Positions 1 through 8,734 of a DNA stretch of 64,000 bases are shown in pieces. The notes under the pieces were generated by a model. That model did not search any database, had not been told where the DNA came from, and saw only the letters and a list, made by a program, of their open reading frames with translations. This DNA is from Alphaproteobacteria bacterium. Lineage in GTDB: Bacteria; Pseudomonadota; Alphaproteobacteria; UBA7985. Both the position numbers and the translations under genes were made by a program. Every line of letters starts with the position of its first letter. Within the stretch, counting starts at the first letter, position 1. The DNA is taken from positions 181,806 to 245,805 of the forward strand of contig CBDDHH010000003.1 of NCBI GenBank assembly GCA_965228345.1, read 5' to 3'.

Positions 1-3000
1 GGCTGTGAACGTCACTTGCTGACTAAGCAACCCAGGGTCAAATCTAATGTCCGAAGTAAAGTCGCCCAGGTCATCAACCCGGCTGCCGGTGCCGCTGTCT
101 ATACGTATGGTCAGGTCCAGCGGGACCGCGGCGGGCGTGTTCAATTCCATTTGCAGGGGAATTTCCTCGCCTTCGGTTAGGCTGAATTCCGCGATGATCA
201 GGCTGGGTTCGGGTTCGTTTTCCCGAATCGTGTAGGTCCTGCTGGTCCGTGGCGCTAAGACATGCCTAAAGTCCGACAGACCGACATTGAAGGTCTCATC
301 GCCCTCGTACAGGGAGTCGTCTAGCAGGGTGAAGGGCAGGCCGATCTGGCTTTGCCCTGGGTTGAGTTGCACTTGCTGGCCCGTTGCCCGCCAATCGTTC
401 CCCACTACTGCGGTGCCATTGTCGTAAGCGTATGAAAACTGGATCAGCTTGCCCGAAGGTTTATCGAGTTGCAAGGGCAACTCGATTTCGCCCGGTTCGG
501 CCTCGGTCAAGTCGATCTCAACGAACCTCAAGGTACTGGCGGCATCATCGTCGAAGATGGTGGCCTGAAATGCGATTTGCGGGGCACGGGCATTTTCGAT
601 GTCAACGAGGGTGAAGCTGAGGGATTCGTCGAACTCATCGAACACGTCGTCTTCAATAGGGATGGTCAGGGTTTGGGTTCGCTCTCCCGCCTCAAGGACA
701 AATGGCAAGTCTTGGGCGGCAAAGGAGGGGGAAAATACGGGATCAGGCAGGTCAACGCGCACTGTCGCGCGCACGGTTTTTTGACTCAAAGATGAGAGGG
801 TGAGTTGCACGGGAAGGGCACCGCTGCGTTCCTGGACATCGGGAATGGTGACTTGCAACTCTGGGATCGGGTCTTGATCGGCGATGGAAACCAGTATTTC
901 TGGCGTGTCAACAGGGATCGTGCTGGCAAGGACCGATAAGCTAAAGGTTTCCTCCGTTTCATCGGTGCGGTCGGGGCGCACGGGAACAAACAGCGTTTTC
1001 TGCAGTTCGCCGGGCTGAAAAATCAAGGCCCCAGGGGCAAGGGCATAGTCGATGTCGCGTTGTGCGGTCCCGTCGATCGCTTGATACTCCACCACCTCGA
1101 TCTCGTCACTGACCGCACTCAAGGTAAAGACAAACTCGCCTGTTTCGCCCTCGGCCATTTTAAAGGCCTTGATGGTAAGGCGGCTTGATGTATCGTTGTC
1201 CTCAATTGTGACGAGCACGGGCGCGGGGTCGAATTGGGCGTTGCGCGCCTTGGCAATGCGCACGCCAAAGTGTTCGTCCGGCTCTACGAATCCATCGTCA
1301 ATCGGGTCGATGTAGAACTCTGCAGCTTGTTCGCCAGGCTCAATGATCAAGGTCTTGGTCAAGGACACATAGTCTTGGCCCGCAACCGCGGCCCCGGAGA
1401 CGGTTTCCAAGACCAGCTCAACCGTTTGGCCCGAAGGTTCCGCAAGCTCAGCAACCAATTGCAACTGCCCAGACTCCGAGGTTGCGCCATTTGTGAGGTG
1501 CGCGAACACGGGCGGGTCTTCGTCCTCAATAGTGATGTGTGCGGTGGCGGTGGCGACGGTGCTATGGGTCGTCGATTGGACAACAAGCTGGAAGTTCTCA
1601 TCGACTTCGTCGACCATATCGTTGATCAGAGGCAAGGCCAGAACGCCTTGGGTCGTGCCTGCGGGCAAGACATGGCTATAGGTGCCGGCCACATAGTCCT
1701 GATCGCCCTGGGCGCTACCCGCCACGGGCGTGTAGGTCAAGGAAATGGGTTTGCCCGAGGCGGCAGAAAGCCTGACAGGCACCAGCGCCGTCCCAGCGTC
1801 CTCGCCGACGCGGATGTCAGCAACCTCTAGGGCCGGTGCTGGATCGTCGTCTTCAATATAGATGGTCGCAAGGGCGTCAGCGCCTGCGTCTTTCACGTCC
1901 AGGGCGGCGTGCAGGTGGAAGCGTTCGTCAATTTCATTGGCAGGATCATCGAGAACGTTGACCGGGAACACAAGGCTGGTTTGCCCCGCCGGGAAGGTGA
2001 AGGTCTGCGCGGGGAATTCAAAATCATCGCCCGCCTGTGCGGACAAGGACGTGACGACAAACTGGCCTGTCAAGTCCCGCTCCGACGTCGTTGCCAAGCG
2101 CAGCCCGACGCTGCCTTCCGGACGCATTTCCTGCACCCATGTCTCCGCCATACGCAGGTCGGGCGCGGAGTCGTTGTCCTCGATGTCGAGACGAATAGAC
2201 GGGCTGCTGAGACGCAGATCATCCGACGTCAAGGCCAGGGAAAAATGCTGTGTCGGTTCATCGCGGTCATCGTCGATCACCCTAAGGTCAAGGCTGGCCT
2301 GCAGTTGCCCAGGTTGGAAGGTGAGCTGTCCCGTCTCCGACACAAAATCTTGATCGGCAAGGGCCGAGCCTGGCGCAGTTCGCCACTCCAGCCTAATAGG
2401 ATGGGCCGAGGGTTCTGAGAGGGTGAAGAAAATCCGGTTCTGTCCCAGATCACCGCCCTCCACCAGGGTGTCAACCTGGTGCGAGAGCAGCGGTCCCACA
2501 TCGTCATCGACGAGCGTGATGAGGGCGGTAGGCGCCCCCAAAGCCGAATGGGTCGGATTGCTTAGGTCAAGTTGGAAGGTCTCGTCTGCCTCGTCCAAAT
2601 CGTCATCAATCAAAAAAATGTGGACCTGGGTTTGGGTTTGCCCCGCAGCGATAAAGGCCGTGCCGTAGAGGGGCTCAAAGTCGATGTCGCTCAGCGCTGT
2701 TTGCGCCGTGAGGCTATAGTCCACGTAGGCGTCTTTGCCGCTAGGTTGGTTCAAGGTCAGGGTGAGGAAAGCCCCTTGTGTTTGCGATTCTTGCACCTGC
2801 AAGGCCTCAGCGCGCCAAATCGGCAGGGGGTCCTGATCCTCAATCAGGCCCACGGCCTGGCCGGTTTGGATCCGCGCCAAGTCGGCCGCGACGAGGCTCA
2901 GGATAAATGTCTCTGGATGTTCGTGCAGGGCATCGTCCAGCACCGGAACGGCAACTGGGTATTCGGTTTGCCCAGGTTCGAACGTCAGGTCCGCCTCAAA

Positions 3001-6000
3001 GTCCAGTAAGTCGAAACCCAGTTGCGCCGGGTTGGCGCCTGTCCCATGGGCTTGGGTCGCGACGGTGACGCTAATCGGCTGATCGGACGGCGTGTCTAAA
3101 GTCACCAAAAACGGCACCGCACCCCTAACCCCGCCGTCCGCCGTTTCTGCGGCCCGTCCGCCCGCAAGGGACACAAGCGGCAAGGGATCATCGTCCAAGA
3201 CCACAATTTGCACCGGGTCGTCCGGTAAGCGAAGGTTCACGGGGTTGGTGAAGGCCAGGTCGAAGATTTCCTGGGGTTCGTTCACCGCATCGTCGATCAG
3301 GCGAAAGGGGAGCGTCAGGCGGCCCTGGCCGGGGGCGAACTGGAGGGTTCCGGCGGGAAGGTCTATGTCGCTTGCGGCCCCTATGTCCGCCGTGAGCTCG
3401 TAGTCAACCTGCACCGGCACCTCTGCAGGTCGATCAAGGTCAAACACGAGTTCTCCGGCGGGCATAAGGGCGGTTTCAACGGTGACGGCCGTGGTGGCGA
3501 GCAATCGTGGGGCCGGATCATCGTCGGCGATAGTTAAGGCCCAAAAGGGTACGCCCTCCGCGCCCTCGGTAGCGCTGGGGTCGTCCAAGTCCGCGCCGCT
3601 GAGGCCTTCAAGGTGCAGAGTCAGCGATTGGGACCCTTCGTAGACCCCGTCGTTGACGACTTTCAGGTCAAAGGTTTGGCGCGTTTGTCCCGCGGCGAAT
3701 TCAACGCTACCGCTAGAGATCAAATAGTCTTGCCCCAAGGTTGCCGTCCCGGCCTGGGTCAGTAAATCCAGAACGACAGGCTGGCCCGCTGGGCTCGACA
3801 GCTCAAACTCGATCATCCCCCGATCTGTGCCTTGTTCGCTTAAGGCGCTGCGGCGCAGCCGCACCGCGGGTTTGGGGTCATTGTCGCCGAGCCGGACTTG
3901 CTTAAGCGGCGTTTGCACAATCGCGCCCTGAATGTCAATCAGGGCGATTTCGAAAGTTTCCTCGCGCTCATAGGTCGTATCGTCGATCACCTGAACGGGT
4001 AGCGCGGTCCAGCTCGAACCTGCGGGGATCATAAGGTCGCGGACGCCGACCTCATAGTCTTGGTTTTCACGCGCGCTGCCTTCGAACACGCCGATACGAA
4101 ACGGCGTGTCCTTACCCGCGGGTTTCGACAGTTGCAGCACGGCCGCGGTGCCGGCCACGTCGCCCTCGCGCAACTCTTGGACCATCAAGTCAGCAACGGG
4201 CGGCTGGTCATCGTCCAACACGTCGAACCTAAGGGGGTGCGTGGGCAAGGACACGCCGGTGGCGTTGGTCAAGGATAGAGAAAATTGCTCTGTGTCTTCG
4301 AACAGATAGTCCGCCTTGGGGCGGAGCAGCAGACGGGTGCCCGTAGCCCCCGGCGGGATCGTGACCCTCGGATTATATGCCTCCATGTCGTCTTGAACGT
4401 GGCCATTGGCGCTAGCGGAGGTGACGAGGGTATCGAAGCGAATTTCGCGGCCGGACGGCGCGCTCAGGACCAATTCGACTACCAGACCTTGGTCATCGTC
4501 CTCGGAAACTTCCCCCTCGCTGCGCATGTCCAAACTGGGGATGGGATCGTCATCTTCGATCCCAATTTCGTAGAACTCTTGGGTCAAGGTTAGGCCATCA
4601 GGTTTTGAGAGAAGCGCCCGAAACGTCTCGGGAGCTTCGTTGAGCTGATTGTCGATGAGCGTCAGGGGAACGGTTAGCTCGGTCTCACCCGGGGGGAAGG
4701 AATAGACCTGACTAAGGGCAGCGAAGTCCTCGCCCGCGCGGGCCAGGCCTGACTGGGTTTGCAAAGTGAAAGCCGCGTCGTCCGCGGACGGGCGTGAGAG
4801 TTGAAAGACGAGCGCATTGTCGTCGCCGCCCTCAAGGGACGTGATCGAGATCAAAGCCAAGTTGGGTTCGCGCTGACTATCGGCGATGTTGAGCGTCGGG
4901 CTCTGGCTCGGCAAACTGACGTTGCGGGCGTCATACAGGTCGAGACCAACCTGCTCGTTCGCCTCATAGACCTCATCAACGATTGGGCTGAGACTTAGGG
5001 TCTCGTTATAGATTTGACCGGGGGCGAAGGTGACGAGCCCATTGATCTGCTCCACATCTTCGGGGACCGTCGCCGTGCCCGGCACCAGACGCAGGCGGAA
5101 CGAGATCGGGAGGTCGGAGGGCTGGCTGAGACGGAACACAAGCTGTGTGTCTTCCCCTTCACGAAGCTCGGTTTGTCCCAGCACGGCAAAGGGTGTGGGG
5201 TCATCGTCGAGCAGATCGATGGTAAGGCTGGTGCTTTCGAGGGTCAGGCCCACGGGATCCGCAAGGCGCAGGAAGAAGGTCTCGTCCAGCTCATCGCGCC
5301 CATCGTCCACCAATGCGTAAGTCAGGTTCCTTTGGGTGACGCCTGCGGGAAACATCAGAGTGCCGGTGGCGGCGATAAAGTCCTTGTCCGCCACCGCCGT
5401 ATTGCCGCTCAAGTCGTAGTCAAGGCGGGTTTCGACACCTGCAGGGCGATCGAGGGTGAAACTCACGACCCCCTCCAAGGCGCCTTCGGTCACAGGTTTC
5501 GCGTGCAAACGCACGCGCGGCGGCCGATCGTCGTTGATCAGCGTTATCCTCGCTTCGGCATCGACAAACCGCAAGCCGTCGCTGTCGATCACATGGGCGA
5601 AGAAATATTCATCGGTCTCGAACAGGTCGTCCCGGACAATTTGAATCGGCACTGAAGCCTCGCGCTGCCCCGGTCGCAAGGAAACCTCAGTTTCGAGGCC
5701 TTCAAAATCAGCAGTCTCCAAAGCAGTCCCTGACACGAGCGCGATCCGCGCACGGGTCCGCCGCTCAGCGGGTTCATCAAGTTGCAGCACCAATTCGGCG
5801 CGGCGCGCATCCTCGGCGACGCGCAGGTCCGCCAAACGGGCCTGCGCAAAGCCTTCGTCGTCGAGCAACTGGATAAGCGCGGGGGCGGAGGCGACAAGGC
5901 CCTTGTTTTGCCCCGTGTCCAGTGGAAAGAGGCGGACGGCGTAGGACCTCGGCCCCGAATCTGCTCGGGTGTCGCTCACCAACAGCGACAATTCGACAAG

Positions 6001-6306
6001 GTTCTGTCCTGGGTCGATGCGGAGTTGGGACTGTGCGGGTGACAGGTCATCAGGGCGGCCGCCGTTCAGGGGCTCTACCTCCACCCCAACGATGAGAGGG
6101 CTTAGTAATTGCTGCGCGACGCGAATTTTCACCGTCAGGGTTTCGTCGGACTCGTAGGCGTTAATTTGCGCGGGTTCGAATTGCAGCAAGTTGCCAGCAG
6201 TCGGGTCTGTCTGCGCGCGCGCGCGTAGATCCCCCGCGATGGCAAGCCCCAGGGCGATCAGCCCTGCGGCGGCGGTACGAAGTGGCCAGAAATGCGCGGT
6301 GTCCAT
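1..6306 (-). CDS. Giant secreted Calx-beta repeat protein (adhesin-like); N-terminal 2102 codons, C-terminus lies beyond the window start
   Basis: The minus-strand frame starts at ATG 6306-6304, with GAGG about 13 nt upstream. It had no in-frame stop in any line I checked (1-540, 3001-3120, 4561-5040, 6061-6180). It is absent from the ORF track because no stop codon falls in the window. The N-terminus MDTAHFWPLRTAAAGLIALGLAIAGDL looks like a signal peptide. The translation shows reiterated ~110-120 aa units with the Calx-beta signature (G.A..G.DY....G.L.F.PG.....V.V.I.DD...E.DE.F.V.L) joined by I/LxDDD junctions. Confidence 0.8.
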   Translation of the reverse strand, partial: MDTAHFWPLRTAAAGLIALGLAIAGDLRARAQTDPTAGNLLQFEPAQINAYESDETLTVKIRVAQQLLSPLIVGVEVEPLNGGRPDDLSPAQSQLRIDPGQNLVELSLLVSDTRADSGPRSYAVRLFPLDTGQNKGLVASAPALIQLLDDEGFAQARLADLRVAEDARRAELVLQLDEPAERRTRARIALVSGTALETADFEGLETEVSLRPGQREASVPIQIVRDDLFETDEYFFAHVIDSDGLRFVDAEARITLINDDRPPRVRLHAKPVTEGALEGVVSFTLDRPAGVETRLDYDLSGNTAVADKDFIAATGTLMFPAGVTQRNLTYALVDDGRDELDETFFLRLADPVGLTLESTSLTIDLLDDDPTPFAVLGQTELREGEDTQLVFRLSQPSDLPISFRLRLVPGTATVPEDVEQINGLVTFAPGQIYNETLSLSPIVDEVYEANEQVGLDLYDARNVSLPSQSPTLNIADSQREPNLALISITSLEGGDDNALVFQLSRPSADDAAFTLQTQSGLARAGEDFAALSQVYSFPPGETELTVPLTLIDNQLNEAPETFRALLSKPDGLTLTQEFYEIGIEDDDPIPSLDMRSEGEVSEDDDQGLVVELVLSAPSGREIRFDTLVTSASANGHVQDDMEAYNPRVTIPPGATGTRLLLRPKADYLFEDTEQFSLSLTNATGVSLPTHPLRFDVLDDDQPPVADLMVQELREGDVAGTAAVLQLSKPAGKDTPFRIGVFEGSARENQDYEVGVRDLMIPAGSSWTALPVQVIDDTTYEREETFEIALIDIQGAIVQTPLKQVRLGDNDPKPAVRLRRSALSEQGTDRGMIEFELSSPAGQPVVLDLLTQAGTATLGQDYLISSGSVEFAAGQTRQTFDLKVVNDGVYEGSQSLTLHLEGLSGADLDDPSATEGAEGVPFWALTIADDDPAPRLLATTAVTVETALMPAGELVFDLDRPAEVPVQVDYELTADIGAASDIDLPAGTLQFAPGQGRLTLPFRLIDDAVNEPQEIFDLAFTNPVNLRLPDDPVQIVVLDDDPLPLVSLAGGRAAETADGGVRGAVPFLVTLDTPSDQPISVTVATQAHGTGANPAQLGFDLLDFEADLTFEPGQTEYPVAVPVLDDALHEHPETFILSLVAADLARIQTGQAVGLIEDQDPLPIWRAEALQVQESQTQGAFLTLTLNQPSGKDAYVDYSLTAQTALSDIDFEPLYGTAFIAAGQTQTQVHIFLIDDDLDEADETFQLDLSNPTHSALGAPTALITLVDDDVGPLLSHQVDTLVEGGDLGQNRIFFTLSEPSAHPIRLEWRTAPGSALADQDFVSETGQLTFQPGQLQASLDLRVIDDDRDEPTQHFSLALTSDDLRLSSPSIRLDIEDNDSAPDLRMAETWVQEMRPEGSVGLRLATTSERDLTGQFVVTSLSAQAGDDFEFPAQTFTFPAGQTSLVFPVNVLDDPANEIDERFHLHAALDVKDAGADALATIYIEDDDPAPALEVADIRVGEDAGTALVPVRLSAASGKPISLTYTPVAGSAQGDQDYVAGTYSHVLPAGTTQGVLALPLINDMVDEVDENFQLVVQSTTHSTVATATAHITIEDEDPPVFAHLTNGATSESGQLQLVAELAEPSGQTVELVLETVSGAAVAGQDYVSLTKTLIIEPGEQAAEFYIDPIDDGFVEPDEHFGVRIAKARNAQFDPAPVLVTIEDNDTSSRLTIKAFKMAEGETGEFVFTLSAVSDEIEVVEYQAIDGTAQRDIDYALAPGALIFQPGELQKTLFVPVRPDRTDETEETFSLSVLASTIPVDTPEILVSIADQDPIPELQVTIPDVQERSGALPVQLTLSSLSQKTVRATVRVDLPDPVFSPSFAAQDLPFVLEAGERTQTLTIPIEDDVFDEFDESLSFTLVDIENARAPQIAFQATIFDDDAASTLRFVEIDLTEAEPGEIELPLQLDKPSGKLIQFSYAYDNGTAVVGNDWRATGQQVQLNPGQSQIGLPFTLLDDSLYEGDETFNVGLSDFRHVLAPRTSRTYTIRENEPEPSLIIAEFSLTEGEEIPLQMELNTPAAVPLDLTIRIDSGTGSRVDDLGDFTSDIRFDPGLLSQQVTFTA

Positions 6307-6310
6307 AGGG

Positions 6311-7333
6311 TTAGACTACCGCCTCTTTCGGCCTTGTCCAGGGCGAAGACACAGCCAGGGTCGGCGAGTCCAGATCGGTGTCCGTCGGTTCAAGAAGTGC
6401 CATGAACCCCCTGGGTGCCGCCGCGGCCGCCGCCAGCCCTTGGCCTGGGTCGGGTCGATTGATATGAGGCGCCGACCGGGTGGAGGGGCGCGGCTGCATG
6501 GCGGCAAAGTCAAAGAGGTCCTGATCGGCCAGATGACTGGGGAAAAGGTGGCTTAGGGCCTTAAAGATGGCTTGCCGACGCCCGGGATAGGTCCTCTCAA
6601 ACTCACTTAGCAGCGTCTTGAAGGCCTGGCGCTGCAAATTGGGTTGCGTCCCGCACAAGTTGCACGGGATGATGGGATAAGCCATGGCGCGGGCAAAGCG
6701 CCCTATGTCGGCTTCCGCGCATGCATAAAGCGGCCGGATCAAGGTGTGCTGGCCCGACAAGGCCGCGAGCTTGGGCGGCATGGCCTTGAGCCGCGCGCCA
6801 AAAAACATATTGAGCAGCAGGGTCTCGATCACATCGTCGCGATGATGACCCAAAGCAATTTTGGTTGCGCCAATTTCGGCGGCCTTGGTATAAATGATAC
6901 CCCGGCGCAGGCGTGAACACAAGGCGCAGGTCGTTTTGCCCGGGGCGGTTTTGGCCTTCACTATGGCGTAAGTGTCCTCACGGTGGCAAAGGTGCGCCAC
7001 CCCAACCTCGGCAAAGTAGGCAGGCAGGGTTTCTTGGGGAAATCCCGGTTGGGCTTGGTCGAGGTTGAAGGCCGTTATGCGAAAATCAAAGGGCTTGCGC
7101 CGTGCTAGGTCCTGCAATATCGTCAGCAAGGTATAGGAATCTTTGCCGCCTGAGCAGCAGATCATGATATGGTCGCCAGGGTCGAGCATGGAAAATTGGT
7201 GCATCGTCGCCTCAACCTGCCGGGTCATGCGACGGCGCAACCGCTCAAACTCCCCTGACTTGCGCGCGCGCGCGTAGGGATCAGGAGGTGTCGGGGCGTC
7301 GCGAGTGGACTCGAGCAGCATCGGCGTGGGCAT
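6311..7333 (-). CDS. ttcA: tRNA 2-thiocytidine biosynthesis protein TtcA (PP-loop ATPase)
   Basis: PP-loop motif CCSGGKDS and Cys pairs (CALC, CNLCG) in the 384-aa ORF 6311..7465. I place the start at the internal ATG 7333 (MPTPMLLEST...), because the upstream 44 codons run into the repeat element. The stop is 4 nt before the Calx-beta ATG. Confidence 0.85.
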   Translation of the reverse strand: MPTPMLLESTRDAPTPPDPYARARKSGEFERLRRRMTRQVEATMHQFSMLDPGDHIMICCSGGKDSYTLLTILQDLARRKPFDFRITAFNLDQAQPGFPQETLPAYFAEVGVAHLCHREDTYAIVKAKTAPGKTTCALCSRLRRGIIYTKAAEIGATKIALGHHRDDVIETLLLNMFFGARLKAMPPKLAALSGQHTLIRPLYACAEADIGRFARAMAYPIIPCNLCGTQPNLQRQAFKTLLSEFERTYPGRRQAIFKALSHLFPSHLADQDLFDFAAMQPRPSTRSAPHINRPDPGQGLAAAAAAPRGFMALLEPTDTDLDSPTLAVSSPWTRPKEAVV

Positions 7334-7467
7334 GGGAAAGCTTAGGCACAAGAATTCGTAAAAATCACGCCCCAGGCCGAAAAAAATCTCTCTTGTGGCA
7401 GCTGGGTCCGTGTCCACAGCACGGGTTTCGATTTTGGACCCTGGCCCTGTAGTATCTGCGGTCATAA

Positions 7468-7810
7468 CCTGTAGTATCTGCGGTCATAAAAAGTGACTTT
7501 TTTATGACCGTTTCGCGTCTCACGGCAGAAACGCGATGCGTTTCGGCTTTTAGGGATTGCGGTCTCACCTCGCTCGCTACGCTCGCTCAGCCCGACTTGG
7601 GGTTGCGGTTTCTACTCGCTCGCTCAGCCCGACCGCGCGACGGGGCCTTCGCTTATACCCTTAGGCGCGTTTGCGCTGATCTCGGGGCCGCGTGTTTTGT
7701 GCGCGGGCGTTCCCTGCGCCCTTCGGGCTTGGAGCCCGCTTGGGTGGGGGCCGCCGTCGCGGCCCTACACCAGCGAATATAAGAGTCACTTGTAATTGCC
7801 GCTGGTATAA
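7468..7810 (+). repeat. Mosaic intergenic repeat, copy R1 (long form, forward)
   Basis: Modules in order: GGTCATAAAAAGTGAC...ATGACC hairpin, GTCTCACGGCAGAAACGCgatGCGTTTCG, GCGGTCTCACCTCGCTCGC...CAGCCCGACCGCGCGACGGGGCC (partly duplicated), TTCGCTTATACCC, CTCGGGGCCGC, GCGCGGGCGTTCCCTGCGCCCTTCGGGCTTGGAGCCC, GGGGGCCGCcGTCGCGGCCC, and the terminal hairpin ACACCAGCG...CGCTGGTAT. Matches 12 other loci in the window. Confidence 0.9.
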
Positions 7811-8152
7811 GGCACCAACCCGCGCTATGTTCTTTTAATGTTCAAAAAAAATTCTTTTTATGTTCATAAAAGGTGTTGACCTGAGGGCAACCTGGGTCTA
7901 GGGACTTTTCTATTGGTAGGAATTGCGTCCAGAGGTGTCGTTTGTGAGCGGATTGCTCAATCTAAGCAGGGTCTTTCTTGGTCCCAGAATCAGAACATAG
8001 GTTTTCGATAGTGCGACGGGTGCCGATGGAGAGAGTGAAGGCTATCCCCTCAAACTTTGCCCGCCTCCCCTCCGGGTGGGGAATTAGAGCGTGCGGTGGC
8101 CCCCTCTTCGGAGTGGCGTTCTGGGGTGAAACCTGCCACTTGAGCGGAGTTT

Positions 8153-8265
8153 AAGTCGATTGGAACAATCGACGCTGGGAACATCCGCGCCAACAAAAGC
8201 CTAAAGCCATGCAACCTATTCAAGACAAAGGCGAATGGCTTAAGGTGCGACGGGCACCTCAAGGG
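8153..8265 (+). repeat. G-element copy G1 (full, forward), about 40-90 nt upstream of terS
   Basis: AAGTCGATTGGAACAATCGACGCTGGGAACATCCGCGCCAACAAAAGCC, followed by ...ACAAAGGCGAATGGCTTAAGGTGCGACGGGCACCTCAAGG. The first half recurs at 35412, 38428 (rc) and 39568. The second half recurs at 34505 (rc) and 38345 (rc). Confidence 0.7.
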
Positions 8266-8350
8266 TTAGAAATATGGTAGGCCAAAGTGCCGGCGAATCA
8301 TTTTGACCTCCCGTTGGCTTTCCCAACTCAAGACACACACGGATGGCTTT

Positions 8351-8734
8351 ATGAAAAATCTCTGTGAGCGGCAGGAGAAATTCTGCCAAGCCTTGGTCAG
8401 CGGCATGAGCGCGACCCAGGCTTACATCAAGGCTGGTTATAGCCCCAAGGGCGCCAACACTTGTGCAGCTAAGCTTCGCAAACACCCATATGTCGCGGCG
8501 CGGCTTGCGGCCCTGAGGGCGGAAAATGCCCATGCCAGCCAAGCCGAGCGTCGCGACTTGCTGGCCCATCTTGAGTGGGTCATGGAAGTGGCCAAGGAGC
8601 AGGGGGCTCTGGGCGACATGATCCGCGCCGTGACCCAGTACTCGAAGATGTGCGGCTATGATGCGCCTGCTAAGGTTGAGGCGGATGTGACTGTTCAGCG
8701 GATTGCACGGACCATTGTTGACCCCCGCAAGTGA
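8351..8734 (+). CDS. Terminase small subunit (P27/Terminase_2-like)
   Basis: The N-terminus MKNLCERQEKFCQALVSGMSATQAYIKAGYSPKGANTCAAKLRKHPYVAARL is the typical HTH region of small terminases. It lies immediately upstream of terL and overlaps it. The start was chosen at the internal ATG 8351; the ORF is open from 8303. Confidence 0.65.
   Translation: MKNLCERQEKFCQALVSGMSATQAYIKAGYSPKGANTCAAKLRKHPYVAARLAALRAENAHASQAERRDLLAHLEWVMEVAKEQGALGDMIRAVTQYSKMCGYDAPAKVEADVTVQRIARTIVDPRK

Noticed and set aside
47-6556. About 35 plus- and minus-strand ORFs of 60-213 aa listed in the ORF track across the first 6.5 kb
   Set aside because: They all lie inside the single open minus-strand Calx-beta frame (1..6306) or the ttcA frame. 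They have Arg/Gly/Pro-rich, low-complexity translations typical of off-frame reading of GC-rich coding DNA.
7334-7465. 44-codon N-terminal extension of ttcA (ORF start at 7465)
   Set aside because: The extension is encoded partly by the 22-bp duplicated junction of repeat R1 and precedes the conserved TtcA core by an atypical length. The internal ATG 7333 (or 7321) is preferred.
7834-7850. CtrA-box-like TTAA in the leader of the phage-like cluster (relevant because RcGTA is CtrA-controlled)
   Set aside because: Only one TTAA half-site is present (TTAATGTTCAAAA). The second TTAA(C) at N7 spacing is missing.
7811-8302. Search for tRNA genes, att-site direct repeats or an integrase remnant at the cluster borders (also 25349..25650)
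   Set aside because: I saw no tRNA-like T-arm (GGTTCGAATCC-type) or acceptor pairing, no matching direct repeats between the two borders apart from the generic repeat families, and no recombinase-like ORF. A weak G-element-like stretch at 25412-25443 was too degenerate to call.
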